Numbered from the stretch's first letter, positions 1 to 9,310 are shown. The stretch: DNA of 36,383 nt from Candidatus Sabulitectum sp. (GCA_029940175.1 JAOZRM010000004.1:1-36383), one strand, 5' to 3'. Program-made: numbers and translations. The notes: a model not told the origin generated them from the sequence alone.

Positions 1-1
1 C

Positions 2-2137
2 GGCACCCGTACGGCTCTGGCACAATCTCTGGGAAATCCATGGTTGAGAAACGATCACTACTTCAGAGATCTGGCCGAAACTGCGCTTAACGATCCCGAG
101 GAATCTGTTAGAGCAGGTCTCCTCCTGAGTATTGACATGTGGGGACTTTCAGGTGATCCAGGTGATCTTGTTAAAAGGTTGATTGAGGATTCATCTCCTC
201 GGGTTTTGCGGGTGGCACTTTTTTACCTTGGCAGGAAATTTCCTGCTCTTGACACCCGGGAAATGGAAATTGTTAACTCTGCTCTGGACAGAGGAAACAC
301 CAACGAGCTTATGGCTCTTGTTAACGGTTTAATGAACCGGCAGCTTGGAGAATTTGAGGAGGAATCCTGTGACCTGCTGTGGCTTCTAATGCTCCGTCTG
401 CCTGACGGAGGGCGAGGTCTGGTAGCCTTTAACATTGGAGCCCGTATCAGATTTTTTGGAAATACGATAAGAGACACTCTGTTTTCCGATATATCGGAGA
501 ACGATATAAGAACTGTAGCCCAGTGCATGCTGATGAATTACAAAGATCTGACCGAAGGAGAAAAAACTACTCTCTGGCAACTTGTTTCTGAAAACATGCC
601 CCAGAGTATTGAGATGGCCCGGATGGTTCTTCCTTACATCAGAATTCTTGAAGAGCTGGAGCAGATCGAGCTTATTCGCATTGTTCTTGCTTCAGAAAGG
701 TACGGAGCCCGTGAAGCTCTCTCTCAGCTTCTTGCCCGGGGCAGGAACGATGTGGCAGAAATTTCGGTTAATGTTATCAGACTGCTTGTACAGAACGGAT
801 CAGTTGAAGAGAGATCACGACTGTCCTGGTTTATTCTCTGGAACTGGGAATCTGTTTCATGTTGCGCTGAGGAATTACTTATTCAGTTGTCTGTTGATGT
901 GGATCCTTCTGTTAGGAAAACAGTTGCCTCGGGTATTCTACGCCTGGGAAAGATGACTGAGTGGGATATTTCTCTTCTCAAGCAGCTTGCCTCTGATGAT
1001 GAAAGATCTGTCAGGGCCACTGCCGGTGAAGCTCTGGCAGAGTTTTCAAGACCTGAAGAGATTCATGAAATGGTTCAATCTCTTGTGAAAGATGAAGATC
1101 CTACGGTTAGATCTTCTGTTCTTCGCGGTATCAGTGATTCACCGTTCTTACAGAGAAATGACAAGGCGGAATTCTATTTGAAGGCTCTTGATGATACTGA
1201 CGCCTCTGTCAGGCTTCAAACCATTGAAGCTGTTGAGAAACTAACCAAACTTGGAAGCATTCCAGGGCTTGTTGAAAAAGTAACAGAACTTCTGAGCGAC
1301 AGATCAGAGAACGTTAGAAATGCCGTTGCCAGTCTGGTTACAAGCCATCCATCCAGGGAACTCAGAGAAAAACTGCCTGATCTGTATCTTGGAAGGCTTA
1401 CAGGCGGGGACTCTCTCGCAGAAGAATTGAGCACTGCCAGAAAAATACAGATGGGGCTATTGCCGGCAGAAGCACCTGAGTATGAGAATTATTCTATTGC
1501 AGTTTACTACAATCCAGCCAAGGAGGTTGGAGGGGATTACTATGATTTTTTCAATCTTCCTGACGGGAATCTTGGTCTTGCCGTTGCTGATGTCGCCGGC
1601 AAGGGTATTCCAGCCGCTTTGACAATGGCGGGTATGAAGGGTACTCTTGGTGCCAGCGTTAGAAGTCTTTTTGATATCAGTCATATCATGACAAGAGTGA
1701 ACTCTGAGTTAACCGTTGAAGGTGAGGTAACAGGTCTTGTCGGTCTTTTCTACAGTGTTCTTAACACTCTGGACGGTTTCCTTACCTATTGTAATGCCGG
1801 GCACAATCCGCCGTTTCTTGTTTCAAGGACTGGCGATGTACAGTTCCTTGAAGAGGGCGGGATGCTCATGGGGGTGCTCAAGAACGCAGTTTACAGCTTT
1901 GGAACTGTGCAGATGCATCCCGGAGATGTCCTTGTTCTTTACACCGATGGTATTACGGAAACCATGAGCAATAATGATGTTGAGTTTGATGTTTCCGGGC
2001 TGACGGAAGCTGTTCTGGAATACAGAGATCTTAATGCAGAGCAAATAGTCATTCGTGTTCTGAAGGCAATGAATGCTCATGGACAGGGATTAGCTCAAGC
2101 TGATGATAGAACACTTGTGGTTGTGAAACACCGCTGA
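2..2137 (+). CDS. HEAT-repeat protein fused to a C-terminal PP2C/SpoIIE (RsbU-like) Ser/Thr phosphatase; probably 5'-truncated by the window edge
   Basis: The frame is open from base 2 (GTRTALAQSLGNPWLRND...). HEAT-like units recur (D.D.SVR...A). PP2C motifs are present: VGGDYYDF, VADVAGKG, CNAGH, YTDGITE, DDRT. Confidence 0.88.
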   Translation, partial: GTRTALAQSLGNPWLRNDHYFRDLAETALNDPEESVRAGLLLSIDMWGLSGDPGDLVKRLIEDSSPRVLRVALFYLGRKFPALDTREMEIVNSALDRGNTNELMALVNGLMNRQLGEFEEESCDLLWLLMLRLPDGGRGLVAFNIGARIRFFGNTIRDTLFSDISENDIRTVAQCMLMNYKDLTEGEKTTLWQLVSENMPQSIEMARMVLPYIRILEELEQIELIRIVLASERYGAREALSQLLARGRNDVAEISVNVIRLLVQNGSVEERSRLSWFILWNWESVSCCAEELLIQLSVDVDPSVRKTVASGILRLGKMTEWDISLLKQLASDDERSVRATAGEALAEFSRPEEIHEMVQSLVKDEDPTVRSSVLRGISDSPFLQRNDKAEFYLKALDDTDASVRLQTIEAVEKLTKLGSIPGLVEKVTELLSDRSENVRNAVASLVTSHPSRELREKLPDLYLGRLTGGDSLAEELSTARKIQMGLLPAEAPEYENYSIAVYYNPAKEVGGDYYDFFNLPDGNLGLAVADVAGKGIPAALTMAGMKGTLGASVRSLFDISHIMTRVNSELTVEGEVTGLVGLFYSVLNTLDGFLTYCNAGHNPPFLVSRTGDVQFLEEGGMLMGVLKNAVYSFGTVQMHPGDVLVLYTDGITETMSNNDVEFDVSGLTEAVLEYRDLNAEQIVIRVLKAMNAHGQGLAQADDRTLVVVKHR

Positions 2138-2156
2138 CTTCTCGAGGAGGGGGATT

Positions 2157-2939
2157 GTGAAAACGCCTGTATTCATCCTGTCGGATTTTGGTTCTTCCGA
2201 TACTTATGTGGCACAGATGAAGGCCGCAATTCTTTCTTTTTCCGGATACGATACCCCTGTGATCGATCTTACTCATGAGGTTGAGGCTGGAAATGTTCTT
2301 CAAGGAGCTTATCATCTAAGGACATCGCTTCCCTATCTTCCGGAAGGCTCAGTCACACTTGCAGTTGTTGATCCCGGTGTTGGTAGTGAACGATTTGGTC
2401 TTGCTGCATTCTGGCAGGGAAGATTTATTATTGCCCCTGATAACGGCCTGATCACCATGCTTCCTGAACCGCTGAAAACATGGAAGCTTCCACCTCCGGA
2501 ATCCAGTGCTGCCCCCACTTTTCACGGCAGGGATGTGTTTGCTGTATGTGCTGCGAGACTGGCTGTTGATCCAGGTTGGACGTCTTATCTTGAACCTCTG
2601 GAGAGCCCGGTTCTAATTGAGGAACCGAAATTTCTTATTGAAGGTAACACCTTGTCTTGTACCGTCCTGCATGTTGATCATTTCGGCAATTGCATATTAA
2701 GCATCAAAACGTCTGATCTTCTGGAATTTACTCCTGCTGCTCTTGTTACCCTTGAAGGAGATGTTCCTCTTGCTCCAGTCAGCGCTTATCATCAGGCTCC
2801 AGCAGATGATTCCATTCTATTTCTAAAGGGAAGTCAGGGATCTTACGAACTGGCTCTCAACGGTGAATCTGCTGCTGAGATTCTAAATATTCAGCCTGGC
2901 CATCGCCTGACACTTACCGGGCAAAGGAGTAATTCTTAA
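2157..2939 (+). CDS. DUF62 family SAM hydroxide adenosyltransferase (fluorinase/chlorinase superfamily)
   Basis: Motifs LSDFG..D.YV..MK, VVDPGVGSER, PDNG, TFHGRDVF and VDHFGN. GGAGG SD precedes a GTG start. Confidence 0.9.
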   Translation: MKTPVFILSDFGSSDTYVAQMKAAILSFSGYDTPVIDLTHEVEAGNVLQGAYHLRTSLPYLPEGSVTLAVVDPGVGSERFGLAAFWQGRFIIAPDNGLITMLPEPLKTWKLPPPESSAAPTFHGRDVFAVCAARLAVDPGWTSYLEPLESPVLIEEPKFLIEGNTLSCTVLHVDHFGNCILSIKTSDLLEFTPAALVTLEGDVPLAPVSAYHQAPADDSILFLKGSQGSYELALNGESAAEILNIQPGHRLTLTGQRSNS

Positions 2940-4066
2940 TGAAGCACGTTGGATTTTTACTGCACTTCTATCAACCTCCATCACAGGATCCTGAAATTGT
3001 GAAAAAGATCGATCGAGAATGCTACAGACCGCTTTTTCAACTACTATTGGAGACTGGTGTGGAAGTAACTGTAAACATGAATTATTCTCTTACAGAGCAA
3101 CTGGCCCAGTATGCTCCTGAAACGCTGGAGATCGTATCACAGTTGTCCAATTGCACTTTCACTTCCAGCGGTGCCTACCACCCGATCCTGCCACTTATAC
3201 CTGAGAGTGAAGTTGTACGACAACTGAAACTGAATGACAGTGGTAACGGTGAACTGATCGGCAAAGCCTATGCTCCTATAGGAGTTTTTCCGCCCGAAAT
3301 GGCTCTGAATACAGACCTGGTGCGTCTTCTGGGTGTTGAGGGGTTCAAATGGACAATAACAGACGATGTACCCTGGGTTTATTCCCAGCAGGAAGTTCCT
3401 TCAAATTGGATTCCAGCAGTGGAGGGAGTTGGAGTTTTCCTTAGAAGCAATTTCTGGTCCAATCTGATTTCTTTCCACGGGGGCAGCGGCTCCGAGATGG
3501 TTGACCGGATGGTTGAAGATCTGCATTCCTGGGCCGGAGAGGAGTCTTCCTATGTGATCCTGGCCATGGATGGTGAAACATTCGGCCACCACAGGGACGG
3601 TGCCATTGATTCTTTTCTCAGACCTTTCTTTGAGAGGATTGTTCTGAAGGATAAAATAAGAATTTCCTCTCTGAACAGGATCTTGAATGAATTTCCACTC
3701 AGAGAGTGCAGTGTACCCTCCGGCAGCTGGTCAACAACAGCCGGAGACCTGGATGCAGGTGAGGCTTTTCCACTCTGGAACAACTCCAGTAACAGAGATC
3801 ATGAAACCTATTGGGAGCTTCTGAACTTCGTTATGACTGAATGCAGAAAAACTCACCCTGAAGGGGTTGCAGATTCAGTGGATAAGATGTTATACTCGTG
3901 CCCTGTGTGGTGGGCCTCACCGGGCCGTGAATCTTATTCACAGGTTCGAAGGGGTATATTGTTAATAATTGAGGCCGCCCTTAACGGGCTTAGTGAAAGG
4001 GCACTCCTTGACAGAGTCATGGAGTTGGCCGGGCAGATACCGGCCATGGCGCGAAAGGATAAATAA
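2939..4066 (+). CDS. Glycoside hydrolase family 57 protein
   Basis: HFYQP, YHPILPL, FPPEMA (nucleophile Glu), MDGETFGHH (acid/base Asp), SWS. TAATG overlap with the upstream gene. Confidence 0.88.
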   Translation: MKHVGFLLHFYQPPSQDPEIVKKIDRECYRPLFQLLLETGVEVTVNMNYSLTEQLAQYAPETLEIVSQLSNCTFTSSGAYHPILPLIPESEVVRQLKLNDSGNGELIGKAYAPIGVFPPEMALNTDLVRLLGVEGFKWTITDDVPWVYSQQEVPSNWIPAVEGVGVFLRSNFWSNLISFHGGSGSEMVDRMVEDLHSWAGEESSYVILAMDGETFGHHRDGAIDSFLRPFFERIVLKDKIRISSLNRILNEFPLRECSVPSGSWSTTAGDLDAGEAFPLWNNSSNRDHETYWELLNFVMTECRKTHPEGVADSVDKMLYSCPVWWASPGRESYSQVRRGILLIIEAALNGLSERALLDRVMELAGQIPAMARKDK

Positions 4067-4266
4067 TGGCTAAGAAAGAAAGAACATTTGCAGCAAAACT
4101 TGCTCATGAGAGTCGTACCTCCCACAAGGAATTGTGTCAGGTGTGCGGCAAGGAGAAAGTTCCTGTGGTATATATTGCAGCGCGCACAGGGTTGAAAGAA
4201 ACCTGGCGTCCTCAGCGTAGAAGAGTTAAAGTCTGTGATTGCAACAGGAAAGAGATCTACGGTTAA
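4066..4266 (+). CDS. Small basic Cys4 (CxxC...CxC) protein, possibly ribosomal bL38/DUF4295-like
   Basis: 66 aa, MAKK N-terminus, K/R-rich, AAGGA SD and TAATG coupling. The family assignment is inference. Confidence 0.7.
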   Translation: MAKKERTFAAKLAHESRTSHKELCQVCGKEKVPVVYIAARTGLKETWRPQRRRVKVCDCNRKEIYG

Positions 4267-5113
4267 GCCTTCTCACCGATACATTCAGGGGGTTCTGTTT
4301 CTTACTGCCGGTTACGGCACAAGGGCGGAACCTCTTTCTTTTTGCCGCCCCAAGGCTCTCCTGCCATGGAAGAATACAACTCTTCTTGGCAACCTGATGA
4401 ATCAATTCGGTGTTATTGATCCGGAGAAAATGGTCATTAATGCTTCCAGGTGTCCTGAACTTGTTCTGCATGAGGGTCGAGGTCACAACGACCGGACGAA
4501 GCTGCTTTTTGAAGAAAGACCACTCGGACTACCGGGAACACTTGCCAGAAACTGTAAACTGTTTGAAGGTCACTGGATTATCTCAAATACCGACATGGTC
4601 ATTGATATACCGGTGGAGAAAATGGTTGAGTATCATCAGAGATCCGGCTCCAAGTGGACAGTTCTCACAGGTAATTTCCCTGATTACGGTAAATACAGTG
4701 GACTTCCGGTAAAAGGAGTCTCCAGGCATTACCTCGGGGTGAGTATTGTATCTCCCGAAATTGCAGCTCTTTGCGCAGCACAGCAGTTAGGAACAGGTTT
4801 TTTTACAAAGCTCAGGAGTTTTGCTACCTCTCAGGGAATTCAGATAAATGAATTCTTCACTGATGTTCCATGGTTTGATATGGGTGAGGTGAATCTTTTC
4901 AGGAAACATCTTCTTGGTCAGGGCAGTTATATTCACCCGTCTGCTCAGATTCAGGATTCTGCGATTCTGGAGGGCTTTTACTGGATTGGCAGTTCGTGTA
5001 TAATCAATCGTGATGTGCTTCTTCGCGATTCTGTTATGCTTGAGGGGTCGCAGATGATGCAGGGGGCATCGCTGGTTGATTCTGTGTTACCGTGGTTTTC
5101 CAAAAGGAGCTGA
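4235..5113 (+). CDS. NDP-sugar nucleotidyltransferase, MurU-like, with a short C-terminal beta-helix-like tail
   Basis: LTAGYGTR..PLS..RPKALLP, E..PLG..G and SNTD motifs. Adjacent to an AmgK-like kinase. Exact start uncertain. Confidence 0.75.
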   Translation: MIATGKRSTVKPSHRYIQGVLFLTAGYGTRAEPLSFCRPKALLPWKNTTLLGNLMNQFGVIDPEKMVINASRCPELVLHEGRGHNDRTKLLFEERPLGLPGTLARNCKLFEGHWIISNTDMVIDIPVEKMVEYHQRSGSKWTVLTGNFPDYGKYSGLPVKGVSRHYLGVSIVSPEIAALCAAQQLGTGFFTKLRSFATSQGIQINEFFTDVPWFDMGEVNLFRKHLLGQGSYIHPSAQIQDSAILEGFYWIGSSCIINRDVLLRDSVMLEGSQMMQGASLVDSVLPWFSKRS

Positions 5114-5116
5114 AGA

Positions 5117-6127
5117 TTGACTGAACGAATGGAAAGTGTTGTGCGTTGGATAAATGAGAAATTCGGCACAGTCGACACGATTGTTCCAATTCCGGGAGAT
5201 GCTTCATCACGGGATTTCTACCGGATGGAGCACGATGGCAATTCTTTTGTTGTCATGGACAGTTCACATACTCCTGTATGGCCCTGGCTGGATATATATG
5301 CTCTCCTGGAGGGAATGGATTTCCCCATGCCCAAAGTAATTCTCAGCGATGAACATTCAGGCTATGTGATTCAGGAAGATCTGGGGAATACCCGTCTGTG
5401 CGATGTTGAGGAAGATGAGGTCTACCCCAAGTATCTAACAGAATCGCTTAGTCTTTTAAGGCGTCTGCAGCGCGAGATCACTCCTGAAATAGCAGACAGC
5501 AGCGTCTCAGGCAGGAGATATTTCACTCCAAGTTTTTTCATGGCGGAACTTGAGCATACCCTGGAGCATTTGTTTTTCAGGTTGCTTCGGGTTCCTGTAG
5601 AGGATCTTCTCGAGCTTCAAGCACATTTCAGAGAACTTTCCGGGAAGGCCATGGGGTCCGGAATGACTGTGTTTACCCACAGAGATTTTCATTCGGCTAA
5701 TTTAATGGTTCACAATAAAAAAGTATACATCATTGACTGGCAGGATTCACGCCAGGGTCCGCCCTGCTATGATCTTGCCAGCCTTTTAAGAGACAGCTAC
5801 AGAGATTGCGGTGAGGGCTGGAAAGGACTTGCTTCGTCATACATTCTCGGAGTGGGCGGAGCGAACATGTTTGAGTTTGTCTTCAGTGCTCTGCAGAGAA
5901 ACATGAAAGCTCTGGGAACCTTTGCATATCAATACAGAGCCCTGGGAAAAACTAACTACCTGAAGTACATCCCCAGGACTCTGCTTTACCTTCAAGGCTA
6001 CTCAAAAGTTTGCCCTGCAGTTAAGCCCACAGTGGATTGTGTTGTTAATCTTATCGAGTCATACACAGGTGAAATTGATCTGAGAAACTTCCGAGATCCG
6101 GATTCACCGATCATAATTAACAAGTAA
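5117..6127 (+). CDS. amgK: Anomeric MurNAc/GlcNAc kinase AmgK-like (APH phosphotransferase family)
   Basis: GDASSR.FYR, EDLG, HRDFHSANLM, IIDWQD, GP..YDLASLLRD and QRNMKALGTF are typical of AmgK. Confidence 0.8.
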   Translation: MTERMESVVRWINEKFGTVDTIVPIPGDASSRDFYRMEHDGNSFVVMDSSHTPVWPWLDIYALLEGMDFPMPKVILSDEHSGYVIQEDLGNTRLCDVEEDEVYPKYLTESLSLLRRLQREITPEIADSSVSGRRYFTPSFFMAELEHTLEHLFFRLLRVPVEDLLELQAHFRELSGKAMGSGMTVFTHRDFHSANLMVHNKKVYIIDWQDSRQGPPCYDLASLLRDSYRDCGEGWKGLASSYILGVGGANMFEFVFSALQRNMKALGTFAYQYRALGKTNYLKYIPRTLLYLQGYSKVCPAVKPTVDCVVNLIESYTGEIDLRNFRDPDSPIIINK

Positions 6128-6144
6128 AGATCGAAAGAGGAGAA

Positions 6145-7134
6145 ATGGAGAGAATTCTTACGGGGGACAGGCCCACAGGCCCGCTTCATCTAGGGCATTT
6201 CGCAGGTTCACTCAGGAACAGGGTGAAACTGCAGAATCAGTACGAAACATTCATTATTATCGCAGACATACAGGCTCTTACCACGCACTGGGAAACTCCC
6301 GAACTTATCAGTACCAATGTTCGTGAAGTAGCACTTGATAACATCGCTTCCGGTCTTGATCCTGAGAATACAAGCATTTTTGTACAGAGCATGGTTCCCC
6401 AGATAGCTGAGCTCACTGTTCTGTTCGGTTTGTACACCTCGGTAAGCCGTCTGAAGCACAATCCCACTATCAAGACAGAAGCCAGGCAGTATGGCTTCAC
6501 GGATATGACTTACGGGTTTCTTGGTTACCCGGTGAGCCAGGCGGCAGACATTCTTTTCTGCAGAGCAAATCTTGTTCCGGTTGGAGAGGACCAGTTGCCC
6601 CACGTGGAAGTGACCAGATTTGTTGCACGAAGGTTCAACGAGCTTTACGGGGATGTGTTTCCTGAGCCGAAGGCCATGGTCAGCGATATTTCACGGTTGA
6701 TCGGACTGGACGGAAACACCAAGATGAGCAAATCTCTCGGCAACGCTATTTACCTTAAGGATGAGCCCAAGGTAATAAAGAAGAAGGTGATGAGTGCAGT
6801 TACAGATCCTGCCAGGATACACAAAACAGATCCCGGACATCCTGACATCTGTACTATATTCGCATACCATAAGGCTTTTAATGCTTTCGAGGTCCCTGAG
6901 ATTGAAGAGTCTTGTAAAAAGGGAACTATCGGATGTGTATCCTGTAAAAAGAATCTGATCAACAAATTGGAGGAAACACTGGCTCCTATCCGCGAGAGAA
7001 GAGCACAGTTTGATAAGCCCGGTGTCATAGAAGACATTCTGATCAGCGGCACCGAAAGAGCTGTGAAAGCCGGAGGAGAAACCATGGCTTCAGTCAGAGA
7101 GGCCATGCACACCGATTACTGGAAAGAGAGATAG
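6145..7134 (+). CDS. trpS: Tryptophan--tRNA ligase
   Basis: TGDRPTGPLHLGH, YPVSQAADI, VPVGEDQ, KMSKS. Confidence 0.97.
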   Translation: MERILTGDRPTGPLHLGHFAGSLRNRVKLQNQYETFIIIADIQALTTHWETPELISTNVREVALDNIASGLDPENTSIFVQSMVPQIAELTVLFGLYTSVSRLKHNPTIKTEARQYGFTDMTYGFLGYPVSQAADILFCRANLVPVGEDQLPHVEVTRFVARRFNELYGDVFPEPKAMVSDISRLIGLDGNTKMSKSLGNAIYLKDEPKVIKKKVMSAVTDPARIHKTDPGHPDICTIFAYHKAFNAFEVPEIEESCKKGTIGCVSCKKNLINKLEETLAPIRERRAQFDKPGVIEDILISGTERAVKAGGETMASVREAMHTDYWKER

Positions 7135-7141
7135 CGAAAAT

Positions 7142-8569
7142 ATGCTTTCCCTTTACAACACAAAAACCAGACAGAAGCAGGAATTTACTCCACTCGATCC
7201 TCCGTTTGTTGGTATGTATGTCTGTGGTCCTACAGTTTACGGTCACAGCCATCTTGGGCATGGAAAAAGTTACGTAAGCTTTGATGTGCTCCTGCGATAT
7301 CTCAGATACCTTGATTACAAAGTAAGATATGTTCAGAACATAACCGATGTGGGGCATCTCACCGATAATGCCGATTCCGGTGTGGATAAGTTGCAGAAGC
7401 AGGCTAAACTCGAGAAACTTGAACCAATGGAAATAGCGGAAAAATATACTGCAAGTTATTTCCATGACATGGATATTCTCGGCAACCTGAGGCCGGACAT
7501 ATCTCCACGAGCCAGTGGTCACATTCCTGAGCAGATTGAGCTAGTAAAAACTCTGATTGAAAAAGGCTACGCCTATCAGGCAGGCGGTAACGTTTATTTC
7601 GATGTTTCCTCTTTTCCGGATTACGGCAAACTCAGCGGCAGAATCGGTGATGACCAGAGAAGCGGCACCCGTGTCTGCATAGCGGATGATAAGCGCGACC
7701 CCAGAGACTTTGCCCTGTGGCTGGAAGCAGGTCAGGATCACATTCTCGGGTGGAAAAGCCCCTGGGGCCGGGGATATCCCGGCTGGCACCTTGAATGTTC
7801 TGCAATGGCCATGCGGTATCTTGGTGAAACAATTGATATTCATGGTGGAGGTCTTGATAACTCATTCCCACACCATGAATGTGAAATAGCCCAGTCAACG
7901 GCAGCTACAGGTAAGGAATTCGTCAGATTCTGGATGCACAACAACATGGTAACTGTAGACGGTAGAAAAATGGGAAAGAGTCTTGGCAATTTCACGCTGC
8001 TTAGAGACCTTTTTCAGCGGTGGGATCCAATGGTTGTAAGGCTCTACATTCTCAGGAGTCATTACCGAAGTCCACTGGACTTTTCCGATGAGGGGCTTGC
8101 GGGGGCCAGGAGCGGCCTTGAAAGGCTCATGTCCCTGAGGTCCAGGCTGGGTGACCATGAAGCCGGGGCGTCCTCACAGGCAGCTACAGAGCTTGTAGAG
8201 AAGACAGAGCAGGAATTCAAGAAATTCATGGACGATGATCTGAACACCCCGGGAGCGCTTGCAGCCATCTTTGACTTTGTCCGTGCTTGTAATACTCTTC
8301 TAGAGGCAAAAATCAAGGATGCGGATAAACATCTCATGGCAGCTCTCATGGACAGTCTGGTTACTGATGTTCTCGGTATAGAGCTTGCATCAGGCGGAAG
8401 CAGCGGCTCATCGGAAGACTTGTGCAGGATACTTGGAGAGCTCAGAGGTTATCTCAGGAAGAACAAACTTTTCGCTGAGGCAGACAAGTTGCGGGATGAT
8501 CTTTCGGAAGCAGGATTTTCTGTCCGTGATTTTCCCGGTGGTGTCAGTGAGGTAACACCGGATATCTAA
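7142..8569 (+). CDS. cysS: Cysteine--tRNA ligase
   Basis: YVCGPTVY..HLGH, NITDV, PGWHLECSAM, DIHGGG...FPHHECE, KMGKS. Confidence 0.97.
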   Translation: MLSLYNTKTRQKQEFTPLDPPFVGMYVCGPTVYGHSHLGHGKSYVSFDVLLRYLRYLDYKVRYVQNITDVGHLTDNADSGVDKLQKQAKLEKLEPMEIAEKYTASYFHDMDILGNLRPDISPRASGHIPEQIELVKTLIEKGYAYQAGGNVYFDVSSFPDYGKLSGRIGDDQRSGTRVCIADDKRDPRDFALWLEAGQDHILGWKSPWGRGYPGWHLECSAMAMRYLGETIDIHGGGLDNSFPHHECEIAQSTAATGKEFVRFWMHNNMVTVDGRKMGKSLGNFTLLRDLFQRWDPMVVRLYILRSHYRSPLDFSDEGLAGARSGLERLMSLRSRLGDHEAGASSQAATELVEKTEQEFKKFMDDDLNTPGALAAIFDFVRACNTLLEAKIKDADKHLMAALMDSLVTDVLGIELASGGSSGSSEDLCRILGELRGYLRKNKLFAEADKLRDDLSEAGFSVRDFPGGVSEVTPDI

Positions 8570-8577
8570 TTTGGAAT

Positions 8578-8619
8578 AACCTCCTTTCAAAGACTGTATC
8601 ACAGTAAAGAAAGGAGGTT
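8578..8619 (+). promoter_or_regulatory. Hairpin sequestering the Shine-Dalgarno site of the tonB-family gene
   Basis: AACCTCCTTTC (8578-8588) is the perfect reverse complement of GAAAGGAGGTT (8609-8619). An inner ACTGT/ACAGT stem is also present. Confidence 0.65.
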
Positions 8620-8623
8620 CCCG

Positions 8624-9274
8624 ATGCTACGTACACGCACAAATGGAATGGGAATGGAGATCGGTCTTCTTGTGGGTCTCCTGTTTGTTAACATTCTTTT
8701 TCAGTTTATCCCCGGTACAGAACTTGGAAGACTTTCCACGAGAACCATGGATGATGTTATGGAGGCTGTGGATGCCTATCTTCCCTACGATTCTTCTGTG
8801 GAAGATAAGCAGGATGAAGTGATCGAGGAGAACATTGCCATTGAAGAGCAGCTTCAGGAGGTTATTGAGCAGGTGACTCCGGATGTGACTATTTCGCTCA
8901 GTACGGATACAGTGGGATTGAGTACAGTGGAGACCATTGAAAATTTTTCAGGTGGTGGCACTGGAAACAACGAAATTGGTCCTCCGGGCTTTATGCCTGC
9001 GGAAGTTTTCCCCAACTGTACTTTCATGCCCCCACCGGACTATCCGGAGATAGCCCGACTTGCGGGAGTGGAGGGTGTAGTAACTCTCTGGGTCTACATC
9101 GACAGCGATGGCATGGTTCAGGACATACAACTGATGAATCCAAGTGGTGCTTCAGCTCTGGATAATGCAGCCCTGGCAGCTGCTATAAATACCCGCTGGA
9201 CCAGCGCACGGAACAATGGATTGGCAGTGGGAGTCTGGACCACTTTGACCTACAACTTTTCCCTTTCCGACTGA
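8624..9274 (+). CDS. TonB-family energy transducer (N-terminal TM helix, acidic linker, TonB C-terminal domain)
   Basis: PPPDYPEIARLAGVEGVV.L.V.ID.DG.V...SG...LD.AA..A...W..AR.NG..V is the TonB_C pattern. Strong SD. Confidence 0.88.
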   Translation: MLRTRTNGMGMEIGLLVGLLFVNILFQFIPGTELGRLSTRTMDDVMEAVDAYLPYDSSVEDKQDEVIEENIAIEEQLQEVIEQVTPDVTISLSTDTVGLSTVETIENFSGGGTGNNEIGPPGFMPAEVFPNCTFMPPPDYPEIARLAGVEGVVTLWVYIDSDGMVQDIQLMNPSGASALDNAALAAAINTRWTSARNNGLAVGVWTTLTYNFSLSD

Positions 9275-9280
9275 CTTTAC

Positions 9281-9310
9281 TGGCCCTCCTTCCCGGAGGG
9301 CCATATCCTT
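9281..9310 (+). terminator. Probable intrinsic terminator after the tonB-family gene
   Basis: 9-bp stem TGGCCCTCC/GGAGGGCCA with a 5-nt loop; the U tract is weak. Confidence 0.55.

Noticed and set aside
5117-6127. Aminoglycoside resistance gene
   Set aside because: The fold is APH-like, but the motifs and the neighbouring nucleotidyltransferase fit AmgK.
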